A stretch of 10,172 nt of DNA from positions 1 through 10,172 of the forward strand of contig JAQGDQ010002521.1 in assembly GCA_030141605.1 (NCBI GenBank). The letters are read 5' to 3'. Source of the stretch: Tubiluchus corallicola. Its lineage: Eukaryota; Animalia; Priapulida. A program made the translations under genes and the position numbers. Below are positions 7,384 through 10,172 of the stretch, piece after piece. Under the pieces are notes generated by a model. That model did not search any database, was not told the origin of the DNA, and worked only from the letters and a program-made list of their open reading frames with translations. Positions within the stretch are counted from its first letter, which is position 1. Each line of letters starts with the position of its first letter.

Positions 7384-9120
7384 ATGAAAAACTTATCTCC
7401 ATTACTGATCTTATTTGTCTGCTCTGTTTTACTCTTATTCTGCAGTAAAAAGGATGACCCTCCAAATGGCTCTATTTCAGGGTTTGAGTTAAAAATTAAC
7501 TCATTCAAATTTACGGAGTTTGATCCTGTTGTAGTAGGAGAGATTGATACTGTTAATCTGGAGATTACAGCTTTAATCCCTAGATCTGGGGATATGAAAA
7601 TCACTCCGACAATTGAAGCTACCAAAGATGCGACAATTGCTCCCCCTTCTGGATATCTCTATGATTTTTCCCAACCACTTGACTTTGTTGTTTCCAAAAA
7701 TGACTCTTCAGTCAGTTATTCTGTTAAGGTTGATTATGCCATTAGCACTGAAAACACCCTCTACTCCATTAGCTTTCCTGAGTTAGGTATTACTCAGGAG
7801 GTTGCCAGCAATACAACTGAGGTGGAGTTTTCATATGGGACCGATTTATCTGATATACTTATTGTCCTGAATCCATCGGACTACACTACCACTAAACCTG
7901 AATCAGGCACCAGAGTGAGCTTTGATAATGATTCCCTACAAATAAGTGTTTTCGCTGAAAATGAAGATGAGCAAGTGTATACTGTAACAGCATCATTGCT
8001 GCCTCAGGAGCAAGCTGTTCGCGCCTTTTGGATTCCTGCTCCGTGGCACTCTCCATTCTTAAAGAGCTATAAAGAGATTCAGGCTGGAGTTGCTTTAGCA
8101 AAAGAACTTAATTTTAACACACTATATGTTGTAGCGTGGGCTCAAAACAAAATATTATATTCAAGTCAGGCACTATTGGATAATTCTTCCTACAATACTC
8201 ATGAAGAAGCTCAGTTCTGGGACTACACAGGAGGCACTGGAGATCCTTTAGCAGATGTTATTAGTGAGGCTCACGAAAATAATCTTAAAGTAATCTTATG
8301 GTATGAGTATGGATTTATGGCACACGTGGGTTCTGCTCCTACTCCTTCAAACAACCCAATCCTTGCTGTCCACGAAGATTGGGTAGGGATTAATGCTGAA
8401 GGCACTGAATCAAACTATAATGGAACCGATTTTTACTATAATGCCTATAATGAGCACCTACAAGAATTTATGATCGATATGATAATGGAAGCGGTTAATA
8501 ATTATGATATCGATGGCATACAGGGTGACGACAGAATGCCTGCAATGCCTAGAGACTCAGGTTACGATACATATACAGTTAACAGGTACAAATCGGAACA
8601 TTCCGGCCAGGAACCTCCGACTGATATTAATGATAATGACTGGGTGAGGTGGAGAGTCGACATCCTGAATACTTTTTGGCAAGAGGTTTATAACGCGGTT
8701 AAATCGGCAAAACCAAATTGTCTGGTCACCTGCTCACCAAATCCATATCCATGGGCGTTTGATAATCTAATGCAGGATTGGCCCACCTGGCTGGATGACG
8801 GCACAGTTGAAATTTTATCACCTCAGTGCTACCGTAGTACCGAATCAAGTTATAAGTATACAATTGAGCAGGTTGTGAGCTACTTTACACAGCATGGTAC
8901 AGGTGACTTAAAAAGATTGGTTCCAGGTGTTCTTCTTTACGGCTCTAATGGCCCGACAGATCCTGAGTTACTGCGGGCACAAATGAATATCAACAGGCAA
9001 AATGGTATCCTGGGTGAATCGTTTTTTTACGATGTGCCACTTAAGGATGAAAACATACAGAAAGTTATAAAATCATTTTACACAGGTGAAGCTTTATTCC
9101 CTGATTTTCTAAATCAATAA
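7384..9120 (+). CDS. Lipoprotein with two Ig-like domains and a GHL10 (PF02638, DUF187/YddW-like) TIM-barrel glycoside hydrolase domain
   Basis: Signal peptide ending C20-SKKDD. Catalytic domain from aa ~212: VRAFWI, LNFNTLYVVAW, DPLADVISEAHENNLKVILWYEYGF, YDIDGIQGDDR (8503-8535), WVRWR...VKSAKP, MQDWPTWLDDG, PQCYR. All are typical of GHL10. Confidence 0.9.
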   Translation: MKNLSPLLILFVCSVLLLFCSKKDDPPNGSISGFELKINSFKFTEFDPVVVGEIDTVNLEITALIPRSGDMKITPTIEATKDATIAPPSGYLYDFSQPLDFVVSKNDSSVSYSVKVDYAISTENTLYSISFPELGITQEVASNTTEVEFSYGTDLSDILIVLNPSDYTTTKPESGTRVSFDNDSLQISVFAENEDEQVYTVTASLLPQEQAVRAFWIPAPWHSPFLKSYKEIQAGVALAKELNFNTLYVVAWAQNKILYSSQALLDNSSYNTHEEAQFWDYTGGTGDPLADVISEAHENNLKVILWYEYGFMAHVGSAPTPSNNPILAVHEDWVGINAEGTESNYNGTDFYYNAYNEHLQEFMIDMIMEAVNNYDIDGIQGDDRMPAMPRDSGYDTYTVNRYKSEHSGQEPPTDINDNDWVRWRVDILNTFWQEVYNAVKSAKPNCLVTCSPNPYPWAFDNLMQDWPTWLDDGTVEILSPQCYRSTESSYKYTIEQVVSYFTQHGTGDLKRLVPGVLLYGSNGPTDPELLRAQMNINRQNGILGESFFYDVPLKDENIQKVIKSFYTGEALFPDFLNQ

Positions 9121-9150
9121 TGTCTGGTTATGAGATGTATTAGCCTAATT

Positions 9151-10172
9151 ATGAGAGATTACTGTATACCCCTCTTGACGTTGGTATCTGTTTTTATGCT
9201 CAGCTGCTCAAAGAAACAGGCTGGGGTTGTCGAACCAATTGAGCTGGAGAAAAAAATACTGGATTTGACATTTCTGAATGCACCAATGGCTCAGAAATTA
9301 AATATAGACCATGATGCACTTACACTTAATGCCTATATTCTTGATACAAATAATATAAACCGATTAACTCCTGTCTTTGAATTATCGCCGGGTACTACCC
9401 TTTCCCCAATTGACAGTGTTCCTTATAGTTTCTCTCAACCCCTAAAGTTCAAGGTTATTGGATCAGACGAGACATATAACGAATATCAGGTTACTGTAAA
9501 TGAGCTGGAATATATTGAGCCTCCCGTTTATAAGATAACGAGTTTTAAACTATCTACCCAGCAAGAGGCATGGGCCTTTGCCCTTCGAAACGGAACTATT
9601 TCGAAAATATCAGAAGATGCATTCTCAATTGATGTTCACATCCATCATGATGACGATATTACAAACTTACAGGCCACTGTTGAGTTAACAGATGGTACCC
9701 TTATAAGTCCGGACCCTTTAACGGTAACAGACTATACTTCACCGGTAGCATATACAATTACAGATCCCGATGAAGAGATAACAAAGACTTATACAGTCAA
9801 TGTAACGCAACATAGCGAAAGATCTATCGTGTGGTCACAAGACTCATCTTTTGATGCAGTAATTGGAATTCAGATGTACACTTCAACCTCTGCGTTCCGC
9901 TTTAATGAAGATGGCTCCGAAATGCCATTTTCGGCATATGCCATAGAAATAGATATGAATAAGGGGTTCAATTTTGTACCATTTTATGATTCAGCGCAAG
10001 GAAATATGACGGTTAAAGAGATGGTAAATGACTATCATTCAAAGAATGGGGTATTACCACTGGTGGGAATAAATGCAGGTTATTTTGGTTCCACTTCATC
10101 CTACAGCTTATTACTAAAAGAAGGAGAGTTGTTGTCCAGTAATATCTCTCAGCTTGTTCGTTCTAGTATATA
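9151..10172 (+). CDS. Lipoprotein with two Ig-like domains and the start of a phosphodiester glycosidase (NAGPA, PF09992/DUF2233) domain; 3'-truncated and absent from the ORF track
   Basis: My translation of frame 1 is open from ATG 9130/9151 to the window end: MRDYCIPLLTLVSVFMLS-C19-SKKQ... Two Ig-like repeats (…LTPVFELSPGTTLSP…FSQPLKFKV…YQVTV; …ITSF…LISPDP…DYTSPVAYTIT…TYTVNV) are followed by AYAIEIDM...TVKEM...LVGINAGYF (GINAGYF at 10066-10086)...SLLLKEGELL, matching the NAGPA 'IN(G/A)G(F/Y)F' motif. ATG 9151 is preferred for its signal length and A at -3. Confidence 0.82.
   Translation, partial: MRDYCIPLLTLVSVFMLSCSKKQAGVVEPIELEKKILDLTFLNAPMAQKLNIDHDALTLNAYILDTNNINRLTPVFELSPGTTLSPIDSVPYSFSQPLKFKVIGSDETYNEYQVTVNELEYIEPPVYKITSFKLSTQQEAWAFALRNGTISKISEDAFSIDVHIHHDDDITNLQATVELTDGTLISPDPLTVTDYTSPVAYTITDPDEEITKTYTVNVTQHSERSIVWSQDSSFDAVIGIQMYTSTSAFRFNEDGSEMPFSAYAIEIDMNKGFNFVPFYDSAQGNMTVKEMVNDYHSKNGVLPLVGINAGYFGSTSSYSLLLKEGELLSSNISQLVRSSI

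Noticed and set aside
5625-8101. Minus-strand ORFs 5625-5981, 6736-6969, 7368-7625 and 7892-8101
   Set aside because: Short, antisense to well-supported genes, and with compositions expected from reverse-complemented coding sequence.
7384-9120. Reading 'family 10 glycosylhydrolase' as a GH10 xylanase, making this a xylan PUL
   Set aside because: GH10 motifs (WDVVNE, TELD) are absent. The motifs are those of GHL10/DUF187, a different family.
9120-9143. ATG overlapping the GHL10 stop (TAATG), suggesting translational coupling
   Set aside because: It opens only a 7-codon frame (MSGYEMY-stop) that is out of frame with the downstream gene, whose in-frame ATGs are at 9130 and 9151.
1-10172. CRISPR arrays, tandem DNA repeats, IS elements, tRNA/rRNA genes, frameshifted pseudogenes
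   Set aside because: None seen by eye. The window is almost entirely covered by intact reading frames with gaps of 57 nt or less.

Overview
AT-rich Bacteroidota-type DNA carrying six tightly packed, co-directional (+ strand) genes that form a polysaccharide-utilization-locus (PUL)-like operon running off both window ends. In order: (1) a 5'-truncated SusC/RagA TonB-dependent transporter; (2) a SusD/RagB lipoprotein; (3) a 403-aa lipoprotein with no obvious annotation whose C-terminal half has a YkuD/L,D-transpeptidase-like His...S-x-G-Cys signature; (4) an Ig-stalk + DUF4623-like surface lipoprotein; (5) after a perfect 14-bp intergenic hairpin, an Ig-stalk + GHL10 (DUF187/YddW-DigH-like) glycoside hydrolase; (6) a 3'-truncated Ig-stalk + NAGPA-like phosphodiester glycosidase that the ORF track missed. 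Taken together, the three predicted catalytic activities match the three bond types of a bacterial cell wall: glycan backbone, peptide stem/cross-link, and the GlcNAc-1-phosphodiester anchoring wall polymers. The main hypothesis is therefore a peptidoglycan/cell-wall scavenging PUL with an unusual L,D-transpeptidase-fold member. Family assignments come from motifs recognised by eye; no database search was run. No RNA genes, CRISPR arrays or mobile elements were seen.
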